IMG/VR virus record: IMGVR_UViG_3300011116_000260
Span: 13 to 64,012 of that record
Source of the DNA: a virus
Taxonomy: Duplodnaviria; Caudoviricetes
Reading direction: 5' to 3' (one strand)
Length of the DNA stretch: 64,000 nt
Shown piece by piece: positions 1 through 10,717 of the stretch. The notes under the pieces are model-generated. The model saw nothing but the letters and a program-made list of their open reading frames with translations, did no database searches and was not told the origin of the DNA. The position numbers and the translations under genes were made by a program. How positions within the stretch are numbered: the stretch's first letter is position 1; each line of letters starts with the position of its first letter.

Positions 1-115
1 AAACTTTTCTCTTTCTGTAGTCATCTTACTTAGATCAGCGTTAACTTTATCTCTGTTCATAAGAATTTTTTCAATGACCTTTTGTACTAGATCTTCTACA
101 GATTCTGTTTTAATA
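1..115. repeat. Exact direct repeat of 63886-64000 (circular assembly overlap)
   Basis: aaacttttctctttctgtag...gattctgttttaata is identical at both window ends. It lies inside a coding sequence, so it is an assembly overlap, not a biological terminal repeat. Confidence 0.95.
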
Positions 116-3100
116 CCACTCCAATTATCTTTTAAATACTTTCTAATACTAGCACCAAGTTTTGTTTTTGGTGTTACCTTTAGACCAGATACTCCAGCTT
201 CTCTTTCTTTTTTTGTAGATACTGTTTTAGCAACTACTTCGCCAAGTATAGTTACTAGACTATCTGCGTCTTTTACTTGTGCTATATCTTCTGTTATATA
301 TGTATCAGATATCTTAACTTCTTCTTGTTTTGGTTGCTCTGGTACTTCAGTTTTAACTGGTTCTTCTACAACCTTTTCAACTAGTTTTCTTTCTTTCTTA
401 ATCTTCTTTTTCTTTTCATCAACAAGAAGACCAGATAGTGCTTTAGCAAATCCATCAATATCTGGATTTTCTTTTGCTGCATTTAATAGTTGTGCTTCAA
501 ATGCCTTATCTGTTTCAAGACGCTGGAATACTGGTTGTAAACTAAATACCTTACCTACTTCTGTATCTTTCATGTAAGTTTCTAGTAAGTATTTAATAAC
601 ACTATTTTCGGTAGTTGTATCTAATAGAGAGTTTATAAGAGTATCAAAATCAGTAATACCGTGTGGTTGATTTGGATTTCTAGATAACTTAGATATTACT
701 ATATCATCATTAAATATAAACTCTCTTGCAAATCTTTCTTCAATACCAGATAGAATTAGATTTTCTGTGCTTTGGTATAGCTTATGATCAATAGTAATTC
801 CAGTATATTCTGCAATATTATTTAATACATCCTCAAAGAAAGTAAACTGGGTTAGGTATTGTCCAGCAATATTTTGTGTTGTTTCATAAGCTTTATCTAC
901 AAAGAAACTACCGATATTGTTTTGTAAAACTTCAGTAGCTTCTTTATCGTTTTTAACTCGTTTTAAAAAGTCTACAATACTATTGACATTTCTATACATT
1001 TCACCCATAGTAATGTTTTCTTCAAACAAAGATGGTAAAACAAATGCAATAGATTTTGCTTTATATCTATCTGCAATATCAGATAATTCTATAAAGTTTT
1101 GTACAAAATTTGGTTGTTTAGTAATATCTTCTAAGTCTAGTTTATAGTAACTAGCTTGTAAAAGTTCTTGTATTTTATCTGGCATTAACCAACAAGCTAC
1201 TGTTAATAAGTTTGTATAATAATCATCTGTATATTTAACAATATCTTTTGTTATTTCTTTTATCTCAGAATTTACAAAATTACTCAAACTTTCTACTTGA
1301 TCTCTTGTTAATGTACCATCATAAAGTTTTGTTAATAGTTTTCTTTGTACTTCTCTAACACTAGTTGCATTCAAAGTTGTTTCAGCAATTATATCAGCTA
1401 GTAGTTTAGATGGTTGATCTACTGATGCTTTTTCCATTAAAGTATCAAAAATAGAGTCTATATAACTAGTATAAGAAATACCATCAAAAGTTTTTCCAAG
1501 GTTTTGTGCTAGTATTGTTTGAATCTTAAATGAGTGTAGTCCCAAAGAAGCCGCATCATTAGCAGTTCTATAACTAACCTCATCGGTTGTTTCAATTAAA
1601 CCGTTAATAATATTATCTAAATCATTAAATTCTGATTTTCTTATAATATTAGATAGTTTACCCCATATATCTTTAATATACTTAAAGAATGGACTCATTA
1701 TTCTTGTAAGTAAACTTTGATTTTCTAGTTTAGAAACAGCTTCAACTGATTTAGAATAAACAAGACTTTCAAACATGTTAGCAAAGAATTCTGCTACATT
1801 TCCAAAAGCATAAACAAAATTACCATTTAAATTTTTATTTTCAAATACTGCATTATCAAGATCGGTAAAGAATCTTACTAAATCAAAATCTACATAATCT
1901 GAATATGTTTTGTATAATTCTACTTGTTGATCAACATCTAATACGAATGAGTAGATGTGACCTAATTCGTGTAAAGCAACTTTAGTTATTAGATGTGATG
2001 TTTGATTTGGTGTTAAAGAACCAGCTTCAGCTCCTTTTAATATTTCATTAACAAATACAGAGAAACCAAATTTATTTTCTTTTACACCAGCATCTTGTAG
2101 TGCCTCACCGTATACACCGCTTTCACCAACTCTTTCTAAATAAGTCATTAGTTTAGTTGGATTTAGTTTTAGATTAGCAATACAAGAAGCAATTAGTTTT
2201 ACAGTTTTTTCTTTAAGTTCTTTTGCAACTTTAATATCAGTATGTGGAAAACTATTTTCAAATTGTTTTTGTAAAATCTTTTCAAAATAACTTATAAATT
2301 TATTGTGTTCTGGTGAAATACCTTTGGCAAAAGAAATATCTGTAAATGCTTTTTGTGCTCTTTTTGTTTGAGTAGCACTTAGTGATCTTGGTTTAGTCTT
2401 TCGATTAGCAAGAATAGCATTTTCTTTTTGTTTTAGTTTTCTAACTAGTGGAGAATCTGTTTCATTAATCTTTAATGATTCAGTTGGTTTTTCTTTACCA
2501 AAAATATATTCCTTTAGTGCTTTTCTAAACTTTCTATTAAGATTCTTTTCTTCGTTAATACGACGATCAAAATCTTCTTTTGAAACATCTTTATATTTTT
2601 CAGCTAGTTCTAAGAATTGAGTTTTCTTTTCATTGCTTAAAGTAGAGAAACCTTTATTTTCTTTTCCAATTAGATCTCGTTCTAGTTTTTGTAAATCAGC
2701 AATGTGACGATTTAGGTTTATTTCTTGATCTGTAAACCAAGTAGAGTCTTTAGTAGTTCTTTCACTTTCTCTTAGTTGCTTAAGAACATCTAAAGATCTT
2801 GTTGTAATTTCTTTTATTTTTCTAATTTTTAAATAAGGTTTTGTTTCAGCTTGAATAGCTTTAATGTCTTCTGCTGTTGCTACAATTCTTGTCCAATCCT
2901 TTTCATCTTTTACTTGATCAGCATCAATAGATCTTTTGCCATAATCTAAAGTACTTTCTCCAGCAACTTTATTAAATATTGGAGATTCTGGAGCATAGCC
3001 TAGCTTACCTTCTCTACCATCTTCTTTAATTGTAGCAGAGTCTGCCGCTTTTTCAGCATCGCTAGCAATTCGTTCTAGTCTAGTAGGAGATTCGCCAGTA

Positions 3101-5133
3101 ACTGGTGGTAATCCTTCTACTTCAATAGCTCTAATTTTAGCTTCATCTAAACTTAGTTTTGGTATTTCATAGATACCATCTTCTCTTCTAATATATACAT
3201 TTTCAATAGTATTTTGTTCAGCTGTTTCATCTACTCTTTTAAGTTCATCTTCTCTAAATGTATATTTAGTACCTTCAATTTCAAGATCTATTGTTCTAAC
3301 ACCTTCTATTGCTGGTACACTTGGAGTTGGATCTACTTTAATTTCTTCAGCAGCTAATGCAGCAGTTTCACTGATAGCATCTCTTGTAAGTGGTGTTGGG
3401 CCAGTAACAACAGCATCAGTTCCTTCTGGTGTTTCTAAACGAGCAACACCGGTTTCATCTGTTTTTTTAAATAATTTATTTTTTAGTTTACCAAGTCCAT
3501 GAGTTGCGCCATATAAACTTGTTCCAAAGAGGAAACCTATAGTACCAGCAATAGCTAATTCTTTTTTAGAATAGTCAAATTGATGGTCTGTTTGAAGACC
3601 AGTCATTGACATTGCTATTCTTGTTGATTGATCTTTTGCACTTGCGATTGTATTTAGTACAGCACCAGAACCACCAATATAACTAAGTCTTTTTAAATGA
3701 CCCATCTTTTGCATAAAACTTGGCAGTTCACCTGTTGCCAATGCGGTACTAATACTAAGTCCTTTTTGTACAGTCTGTAATGCTTTTTGTAGTTTGATTG
3801 CTTTATTAGTGTATCCAGCTACTTTTAGTGCTGCAAGTCCACCCTTTGCTGCTGTTCCAAAACCAACAGTAGCTACTGTGGCTGCAATACCAATTCCAAT
3901 GTCTGGATCATTAACAGCAATTGTTGGAAGATCTGTAATAAAACCAATAATCTCTCCAGCAAAGTTATCAAACAGTAAACTATCTTTTTGGTATGCTTCT
4001 ACTTTTTCTTGAAGGGTTGATTTAAATACTTTATCCTGTAATATAAATAAAGCATGATCTTTATTGTTTGTTCCAATAAAATCAATATCTGCAATACCCT
4101 TTTTTGATAAAGTTTCTTTAACTTCTTTTGGTAGATTGAGCTGGTTAAACCACTTTGCTCCATCAAAGTTTGGGTCTTTTCTGTCAATAAGAGTTTTAAG
4201 ATCGTCTGCAATTGATCCAACACCTTGTTCAAAGATATCAAATCCACTATTATACTTTGCTAAAGATAATTGAATTGCTGATTGTTTAGCGTATTCATCA
4301 TCTAAGTTATTCTTATATAGTGGGTTATCAAACGCAGTATCAACCAAAGCACCAACAAGAGCATTACCAGATAGATAACCACCTTCAGCTTGTGTAGATA
4401 ACATCCATCTACTAATTGAACCAGCATCAATAAATGCTTTATTTCTTTCTTTAAACTGCTCTAGTGTCATTGGCTCTGGTACTACATGTGATGGAATTTC
4501 TTTACCATCATACTTAATATCTACACCACCAGTAGATGACCATGCTATTCTACCTTCTGCTGTTTTTGGAACACCTTCTTCATAGTAAGCAACTGGTTCA
4601 TTATCATTACCAAGATTTACTTTAACAGCCTGCCTTGCTGCTTTAATTTGATTTAAATAATCATTATAGTCCCTTTCAACCTGATCCATATTCTCAATTA
4701 ATGGATTCTGAATCTTGAAATAAGGACCACTCCAATAGCCTCTCTTAGCTCTCTCTAAAGCAAATCTATCTACATCTCTACCCAAGAAACCAGAACCAGC
4801 TCCTCCAGTTAATAGATAGTTTGCTTTTCTAAATTCCCAAAAATCATCATTGTTTGGTTTTTTAGTTGACCAATTTTCTTTTGAACTAATAGCCTGTAGA
4901 TTAGTATCAGGCATAATCCCATAACGCTCTTTTTCAGCTCCCTCTAGTGTATTAAATGTAAATGGAGCTGATAGAGTTTGCCAGTTATTAAAGAAAGATC
5001 TACCAAACATTACTGGAGCTGTCGCTGTAAAGTAAAGTTCTGGTAGTTCTTGTTCTGGTTTATAGTTAACGCTTGGTCCTAATTGAAAATTAAAATTATT
5101 TAAACCATCAATATTGATTTTTTCTGTGCTCAT
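1..5133 (-). CDS. N-terminal half (aa 1-1711) of a 3,469-aa giant internal virion/ejection protein (gp16-like position); contains a zincin metallopeptidase motif and the start of a sigma-like domain
   Basis: ATG at 5133 (MSTEKINIDGLNNF...) with GAAAGG upstream. The frame runs off the window edge and is in frame with the ATG at 60 (=63945) of the 1778-aa ORF. The ORF track lists no closed minus-strand ORF in this frame, so there is no internal stop. HELGH at 1971-1957. Confidence 0.9.
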   Translation of the reverse strand, partial: MSTEKINIDGLNNFNFQLGPSVNYKPEQELPELYFTATAPVMFGRSFFNNWQTLSAPFTFNTLEGAEKERYGIMPDTNLQAISSKENWSTKKPNNDDFWEFRKANYLLTGGAGSGFLGRDVDRFALERAKRGYWSGPYFKIQNPLIENMDQVERDYNDYLNQIKAARQAVKVNLGNDNEPVAYYEEGVPKTAEGRIAWSSTGGVDIKYDGKEIPSHVVPEPMTLEQFKERNKAFIDAGSISRWMLSTQAEGGYLSGNALVGALVDTAFDNPLYKNNLDDEYAKQSAIQLSLAKYNSGFDIFEQGVGSIADDLKTLIDRKDPNFDGAKWFNQLNLPKEVKETLSKKGIADIDFIGTNNKDHALFILQDKVFKSTLQEKVEAYQKDSLLFDNFAGEIIGFITDLPTIAVNDPDIGIGIAATVATVGFGTAAKGGLAALKVAGYTNKAIKLQKALQTVQKGLSISTALATGELPSFMQKMGHLKRLSYIGGSGAVLNTIASAKDQSTRIAMSMTGLQTDHQFDYSKKELAIAGTIGFLFGTSLYGATHGLGKLKNKLFKKTDETGVARLETPEGTDAVVTGPTPLTRDAISETAALAAEEIKVDPTPSVPAIEGVRTIDLEIEGTKYTFREDELKRVDETAEQNTIENVYIRREDGIYEIPKLSLDEAKIRAIEVEGLPPVTGESPTRLERIASDAEKAADSATIKEDGREGKLGYAPESPIFNKVAGESTLDYGKRSIDADQVKDEKDWTRIVATAEDIKAIQAETKPYLKIRKIKEITTRSLDVLKQLRESERTTKDSTWFTDQEINLNRHIADLQKLERDLIGKENKGFSTLSNEKKTQFLELAEKYKDVSKEDFDRRINEEKNLNRKFRKALKEYIFGKEKPTESLKINETDSPLVRKLKQKENAILANRKTKPRSLSATQTKRAQKAFTDISFAKGISPEHNKFISYFEKILQKQFENSFPHTDIKVAKELKEKTVKLIASCIANLKLNPTKLMTYLERVGESGVYGEALQDAGVKENKFGFSVFVNEILKGAEAGSLTPNQTSHLITKVALHELGHIYSFVLDVDQQVELYKTYSDYVDFDLVRFFTDLDNAVFENKNLNGNFVYAFGNVAEFFANMFESLVYSKSVEAVSKLENQSLLTRIMSPFFKYIKDIWGKLSNIIRKSEFNDLDNIINGLIETTDEVSYRTANDAASLGLHSFKIQTILAQNLGKTFDGISYTSYIDSIFDTLMEKASVDQPSKLLADIIAETTLNATSVREVQRKLLTKLYDGTLTRDQVESLSNFVNSEIKEITKDIVKYTDDYYTNLLTVACWLMPDKIQELLQASYYKLDLEDITKQPNFVQNFIELSDIADRYKAKSIAFVLPSLFEENITMGEMYRNVNSIVDFLKRVKNDKEATEVLQNNIGSFFVDKAYETTQNIAGQYLTQFTFFEDVLNNIAEYTGITIDHKLYQSTENLILSGIEERFAREFIFNDDIVISKLSRNPNQPHGITDFDTLINSLLDTTTENSVIKYLLETYMKDTEVGKVFSLQPVFQRLETDKAFEAQLLNAAKENPDIDGFAKALSGLLVDEKKKKIKKERKLVEKVVEEPVKTEVPEQPKQEEVKISDTYITEDIAQVKDADSLVTILGEVVAKTVSTKKEREAGVSGLKVTPKTKLGASIRKYLKDNWSGIKTESVEDLVQKVIEKILMNRDKVNADLSKMTTEREKF

Positions 5134-5174
5134 ATGTTACCTTTCTGGGGACTGGTGTGCCATGAATAAGTAGA

Positions 5175-8100
5175 TTATTTTGGAACTGAGTAATATCTAT
5201 TACCGTGTTTTACAACTTTAAATCCGCGTTCTTCTTCTGCTTTTTCCATTAAATTCCATGTATGGTGTTTTTTACCTTTTAAAATTATATAACTTTCATC
5301 TGGTAGTTTATACTTTTTTTTATCTTCAATACTAGCATCTGTTACAGATCCCCAATGACCTGTATCATCTGGTTTCATTCCAGAAACTTCTGCTGTTACA
5401 TAATCATAATCAGATCCTTCTGGATTAAATTTTTTTTCTTTAGAAGAACTCCAAAGATTAGCTTCAGCTTTTCTTCTTATTGTTAAACCATTTAATACTT
5501 TACCACCAGATTTATTATAAAGTTGTAATGCTGCTGGTACATCTTTAAAGTTATCTACTGAAGATACGGCTTTAGTTAGTGTTTCAAAGCCTTTACGACC
5601 ATAGAAATTTTGACCGTTTTTCATATTGTAAGCAAATGAAATCAATGCTGCTTGTTGATTCTGATTCATTTCATTCCAAGTTGGAATAGTTTCTTGTAGT
5701 CTTGGAATAATTTTAGTGTCTACAAAATCTTGCATTAAAGCATCTGCTTCTTCCTTAGAAATCTTATCTCCTTTTTTAACTGGAGTTCCATCTCTATAAG
5801 TAGTTGTGCCTTTACCTATTGTCCATACTTTTCCATCATTATCCCAATAGGCTTCAGTTTTCATTCCCTCAAATTCAGAAATTAAACCCATATATGGTTT
5901 ATCGCTAACAGATCCGGGAGATGTTTGTTTTTTGCCAGTAAAGAAATCTCTAATTAAACCAATTGCTCCACCATACTTGAAATTAGGATCACTAGTAAAT
6001 GTTTCTTCTTTAGTTACTGGGACTCTTTCCCAAGATAGTGTATCATAATTCCATTCCATTTTTGTCTGTGGAGTAGTTTCTTGTTCTTTTTTCTTTGCTT
6101 GTTCAATAACCTGTGCCATTAACTTGGTTGGTGTGATTGTAATTCTATCTTTAATACCTCTTAAGATATCGTTATTACTAGAATCTATTGGTGGTAAGTT
6201 TGGAACACTTGTTTGTGCGTTATTTAAAAACTGTTTTGTAGATAGAGTTACATCGGCCAAGGTAACAATAAATTGTTTTCCTTTTGCTTTTTCAAATAAC
6301 GCGGCAGATGTTTCATCTGTTAATAGGGCTGAGTATAGTTCAACAGCTTGTTGCTGACTTAACCCCATATTTTCTTGTGCGTTCTTGACTAAGAATGGCA
6401 TCTCAGATTGTAAAGCCATTCTAAATTCTGCAATTGTATCCATACTAGAATCTTGACCAACAAAAATAGAATCTTTACTAGTATTTCTATTTGGTGTTTT
6501 TAATAAACTATTTGTAATTTCACCAACTAATTCATCTTTAGTTTTAGGTGAAACAAAGTAATCAATTTGATTCTGTACGGTTTTTGGACTAGTTGTTAGT
6601 TTAATTTGGTTTGGGTTTACTCCGCTTTGTAGACTATTTGCCCATACATTGAAATCAGAAGCAGGACCATAAATATCTATTGATCCATTTTCATCTTTAA
6701 TATCAGAAAAGAATGACATAGACTGTCCATTTACTGGGTTAATAAATGAACGACCATCCTTCATTTCAATTGGTATTACTGTTGAGTCTGTTAATAACTC
6801 TCCTACTCCATCTTTATTATAGAGTGGAATGCTAGTTAAAACCATATCTACTCTGGCTTCACCCATAGTTTTATTTCTATAGGCTCCTTTTGATTCAGAT
6901 AGGTTTGGAGTCCATCCCCATTGATCTGCTGTTGGAATTGCTTCCATAGCTGCATAAAAAGATCTTTGAATTTCTTCTTCGGTTTGTGGTCTTACTCCAC
7001 CATTAAACTTAGTCAATACTTGATCGCTAGATGCAAAAGCAAGTTTATAAATAGTTGCTTTATTTGGACCAGCGTCATAAGTTTGGCCAGTACTTGGATT
7101 AGTTCTTTCAATGTGAATTGTAGATGCTAATCGCTGTAATCTTTCTATTGGGAATAAAGTTCTTTGTTGAGAAAATGATTCATCAATACTAGAAGCAATA
7201 ACTCCAGTATATCCACCAACATCTCCTTCTAAATTAGTCATTGCTAGTTGAGAAGCATAACCAAGTTTTAACTCACCAGTTGAACTATCATTTAAAGATT
7301 CTTTTATTGATTTTGGTAATAGTTGATTTTGTTTTAATTGCTCTAAAGTTCTTTTTGTTGGTTCTGGCCTAAAAATAGAATTTGGAGATACTAAACCAGT
7401 ACGAGTAAATCTTGGATTATTGTTTGCATCTACACCTTTAATTGTATAAGTAGATGGTGTTAATAAAGAAGATACAATAATATTTTGAGATATTTTTTCT
7501 CGTTCATCTTTGCTTAACTCTTGATCTGGTGTAATATAAAAAGATAAACCAGACATATAAGCTTCTCTAATATCTCTATTTTCTCTTAAGGTTTGGTTTA
7601 GATTATCTTGTGTAATATTTAATCCAGATGTTTTTAATTGATCAATAAAGAAAGATGAATATGAGTTTTCTAATGAAGTGTATTTACTACCAATACCACT
7701 AACACCAGCCTGTTGACTTAATGATGTTCGTGTTGACATTGCTTTTGTTAGTGCACCCATTGTTTCTAGGTTTGTTTTACTAACAAGTTGTAATACCTCA
7801 CCGCTTGATTTATTTGTATTTCTTGAGAGATATCTAATAATTCTAAGTCTATTCATTCCTTCTTCGGAAATGTTGCTATCTTGAGTTTGCATATACTCAA
7901 AAGATTCGTCACTAATTTGTGGAGCAATATGATAAAACATATCAAATGTTTTTGGATTTTCTGTTCCCAAAGAAGGAGCTGAAGCTAGTGCAGTAGCAAG
8001 TCTTTTAAATTGATCTGGTACTTGAATACCCGCTTGTGGATAATATTCTTGAACATATTGTCCATATTGTTGTTTTCTAATTTCTTCTGGAAGTTCCATA

Positions 8101-8930
8101 AATCTACGCTGATCAATTAAAGAAATTCCTGTATCTGGATCTTGTTGAAGAATTAAACTTTTATCTTGAAGTAGATCTGCTTGTTCTTTTGGTAATAGTA
8201 TTGGTTTTAATCCCGGTTCGTTTTGATCTACTACTTGATTATATTTCTTTTGTGCGTCTGTTGGTTGAATTTTACCTAGTTTGCCGTTATTAAAAGCATT
8301 TGCTAGATTCATTTGTTCATTCATAGTTAGCAAAGCATCTCTTTGAACTCTTTCTCCAGCTTCTGCTAATGATTTATAACCTTTTCTAGCATTATCAATT
8401 ACATCAAACCATCTACTACCAAAACCATCATATTTAAATGACTCATTTGATTTATAGTTACCATTTGCATCTTTAATAAATAAAGGATTTTCAAATTCAA
8501 AAACACTGTTTATTTTTTCAGCGGCTTCGTTTTGTTGTTTATAAAAATCACCCTGTATATTATTTATACCGTTTACTGAACTATCTGATGTAAAGTCTGA
8601 GGGTAATCCTTGTTGCTTTTTATTTGAGTATGAATCATATACTTTAGTTTCTGCGTCATATATAATATCAGAAATTTCAGCACCCTTTTTTTGGATGTTA
8701 TATTCTAATACTCTTGGAAGAATATTTCCAGCTACTTCAAATGCTTTTGCTCCAACACCATACCAATCAAAAGCACTGGTATCAATACCACCAATCATTT
8801 CTCTTGGAGCAGCCATAGATACTTCACCTTCTTTTACAAAGGTTGCTCCTGCTGGTTGTTCTGAAACTCTTGGTGCTTGTATATTTACTTGATCTGGGTT
8901 TACTACATAATTATTTGGTGTTGGTGGCAT
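5175..8930 (-). CDS. Internal virion protein (1251 aa) with C-terminal GH24 phage lysozyme domain
   Basis: C-terminal ISEFEGMKTEAYWD...WTIGKGTT...QQAALISFAYN...GLTIRRKAEANLW matches the GH24 E-x8-D-x-T pattern; lies among internal virion genes. Confidence 0.85.
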   Translation of the reverse strand: MPPTPNNYVVNPDQVNIQAPRVSEQPAGATFVKEGEVSMAAPREMIGGIDTSAFDWYGVGAKAFEVAGNILPRVLEYNIQKKGAEISDIIYDAETKVYDSYSNKKQQGLPSDFTSDSSVNGINNIQGDFYKQQNEAAEKINSVFEFENPLFIKDANGNYKSNESFKYDGFGSRWFDVIDNARKGYKSLAEAGERVQRDALLTMNEQMNLANAFNNGKLGKIQPTDAQKKYNQVVDQNEPGLKPILLPKEQADLLQDKSLILQQDPDTGISLIDQRRFMELPEEIRKQQYGQYVQEYYPQAGIQVPDQFKRLATALASAPSLGTENPKTFDMFYHIAPQISDESFEYMQTQDSNISEEGMNRLRIIRYLSRNTNKSSGEVLQLVSKTNLETMGALTKAMSTRTSLSQQAGVSGIGSKYTSLENSYSSFFIDQLKTSGLNITQDNLNQTLRENRDIREAYMSGLSFYITPDQELSKDEREKISQNIIVSSLLTPSTYTIKGVDANNNPRFTRTGLVSPNSIFRPEPTKRTLEQLKQNQLLPKSIKESLNDSSTGELKLGYASQLAMTNLEGDVGGYTGVIASSIDESFSQQRTLFPIERLQRLASTIHIERTNPSTGQTYDAGPNKATIYKLAFASSDQVLTKFNGGVRPQTEEEIQRSFYAAMEAIPTADQWGWTPNLSESKGAYRNKTMGEARVDMVLTSIPLYNKDGVGELLTDSTVIPIEMKDGRSFINPVNGQSMSFFSDIKDENGSIDIYGPASDFNVWANSLQSGVNPNQIKLTTSPKTVQNQIDYFVSPKTKDELVGEITNSLLKTPNRNTSKDSIFVGQDSSMDTIAEFRMALQSEMPFLVKNAQENMGLSQQQAVELYSALLTDETSAALFEKAKGKQFIVTLADVTLSTKQFLNNAQTSVPNLPPIDSSNNDILRGIKDRITITPTKLMAQVIEQAKKKEQETTPQTKMEWNYDTLSWERVPVTKEETFTSDPNFKYGGAIGLIRDFFTGKKQTSPGSVSDKPYMGLISEFEGMKTEAYWDNDGKVWTIGKGTTTYRDGTPVKKGDKISKEEADALMQDFVDTKIIPRLQETIPTWNEMNQNQQAALISFAYNMKNGQNFYGRKGFETLTKAVSSVDNFKDVPAALQLYNKSGGKVLNGLTIRRKAEANLWSSSKEKKFNPEGSDYDYVTAEVSGMKPDDTGHWGSVTDASIEDKKKYKLPDESYIILKGKKHHTWNLMEKAEEERGFKVVKHGNRYYSVPK

Positions 8931-9966
8931 TTACATCTCCTTGAAATAAATCTTTATACTGATTTAAAGCCATATATAAAGTCTTCATTATATCCTTTTC
9001 ATTTTTTACACGACCACTATTAATTTCTCCCATCATACCCCTCTCAATTAGAGTTTGATATTCTGGTTTTGCAAACATAGAAAAAGCTTCATTCCATTTA
9101 TCTGGAGTTAATGAACCAGTTTCAAGCATATTAGCAGCAACACCCTCAGATGCTTTATTATCTAAGTTAATTTTTGCTCGTTGTTTAGCAACATTACCTT
9201 TAACATAGTTTTTAATAAATTCTGGAGCTAGTTCATCAATCATAAGTTGTTCGTCTGTATTTGGAGTTCCATAAGGATCTTGTGGAAATACTTGTGATCT
9301 ATCTTCTAAATCAAAAGCTGGAGTAAACATTCCATCTTTATTAGCAACCCCAAATCGTCCATTTATTGTATTAGATACATCTAAAAGATTCATTCTTTCT
9401 AGTTTTAATAAATCTTCAACATGAGCATCTTCTGGTACATCTGGGTCTAATTCTTTATTTGATATTTTACTAAGTCTTCTACTAAGATCATCTTTATAAA
9501 CTTGTTTGGCTTTATTGAGATTGATATCAGCATTTCTAGTAGAAAAGTTTTGAAGATCGTCTTTGAATTCTTCTACCATCCAGTTGGGCCATCTTGAAAC
9601 CTTATCTCTAAGAAAATGTTCTTTTTCAGTTGGACTTTGAAACATTTCCATTTCCATTTCTGTTCTAGATATAAGTTCTTCTTTTGCTTTACTTTCACCA
9701 TCTGGATGAAGTTCAAGATATTTTTTCCAATATTGTTCTTTTATCTTGTCTGTTGGTAATGGTAATTCTTTTGTAGCTTGAACCCAAGTATTAAATAATT
9801 CTTGTTTATTATTTGGATACATTTGTTTAATACTAGTTTCAATTTTTTCTAATTTATTTTTAGTTTGCTCTGCTCTTATATCTGAAAATTTTTTATGGTT
9901 TGCTTTTCCAGTATGAACTGTGCCTTCAGCTATTTGTTGTAGTTTATTTAATTTATCAATATTCAT
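8911..9966 (-). CDS. Putative internal virion protein (351 aa, helical)
   Basis: Long ORF overlapping the next gene, inside the ejection module; function inferred from position only. Confidence 0.55.
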   Translation of the reverse strand: MNIDKLNKLQQIAEGTVHTGKANHKKFSDIRAEQTKNKLEKIETSIKQMYPNNKQELFNTWVQATKELPLPTDKIKEQYWKKYLELHPDGESKAKEELISRTEMEMEMFQSPTEKEHFLRDKVSRWPNWMVEEFKDDLQNFSTRNADINLNKAKQVYKDDLSRRLSKISNKELDPDVPEDAHVEDLLKLERMNLLDVSNTINGRFGVANKDGMFTPAFDLEDRSQVFPQDPYGTPNTDEQLMIDELAPEFIKNYVKGNVAKQRAKINLDNKASEGVAANMLETGSLTPDKWNEAFSMFAKPEYQTLIERGMMGEINSGRVKNEKDIMKTLYMALNQYKDLFQGDVNATNTK

Positions 9967-9977
9967 TTTATTTCTCT

Positions 9978-10715
9978 TTAGGCTGCGCCCATAGCACTTC
10001 CGCCGATAGAAGAAGCATTACCCCAATCAGTTATACTTTCACCAAGACTACCACTTGGACCACCACCACTACCCTTACCGTATAGTAGACCGGCTGTAAT
10101 ACCAGCTTGTAGACCGCTAAGAGCACCGCTAGCAATAATCTGTCCTGTATTATTTGAACTAACCATTCCATCATATCCGGGTAGATATGTCTGTAATTCT
10201 TGGTAATTAAAATCTCTTTGTGCTAATTTATTTTGATAAGTAGTACCAATATCTCTCATTTGGTTCATTTTGTTTATACGAAGATTTGCCATATTAACAG
10301 TAGCGTTTTCAAGATTTTGTCTTAATAAAGCTCTTGCTGTTCCTGAAGATGCAGAGATATTTCTACCACTTACACTAGATAGTAAAGCAGAGTTTACTTG
10401 ATTGGTTTGTTTACTAAATTGACCTTTAGCATTATCATAACCCATTTCTGTATAAACTTCTTGGATTGCTCTTTCACTAAGTGCCTGTCTTTCAATTGCT
10501 TTATTATTAATTGCTTTTGCAAGATTTGCTTTTTCAATATTTCTATTGTTAGCTTGTATCTGCCATTTTCTTTGGAAGTTTGCATTTTGTGCAATTAACT
10601 GTTGTTGCATTGCTTGGGCTTGTGCTTGATTAGAAGCACCAAAACCAGACATTAAACTTTGCCCTAAAGACAAAGCAGCCATTCCTCCACCAACTGCTAA
10701 TGTTGCATATGACAT
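9978..10715 (-). CDS. Internal virion protein, T7 gp14-like
   Basis: Gly/Ala-rich hydrophobic N-terminus, Gln/Ala-rich coiled coil, SGRNISASSG, Gly-rich C-terminus; typical small ejection protein composition. Confidence 0.7.
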   Translation of the reverse strand: MSYATLAVGGGMAALSLGQSLMSGFGASNQAQAQAMQQQLIAQNANFQRKWQIQANNRNIEKANLAKAINNKAIERQALSERAIQEVYTEMGYDNAKGQFSKQTNQVNSALLSSVSGRNISASSGTARALLRQNLENATVNMANLRINKMNQMRDIGTTYQNKLAQRDFNYQELQTYLPGYDGMVSSNNTGQIIASGALSGLQAGITAGLLYGKGSGGGPSGSLGESITDWGNASSIGGSAMGAA

Positions 10716-10717
10716 TA

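Noticed and set aside
1-5133. Stop-codon recoding as the cause of the apparent 5-kb coding gap
   Set aside because: The gap is explained by one ORF running off the window edge. All other genes read intact in the standard code, and no suppressor tRNA was seen.
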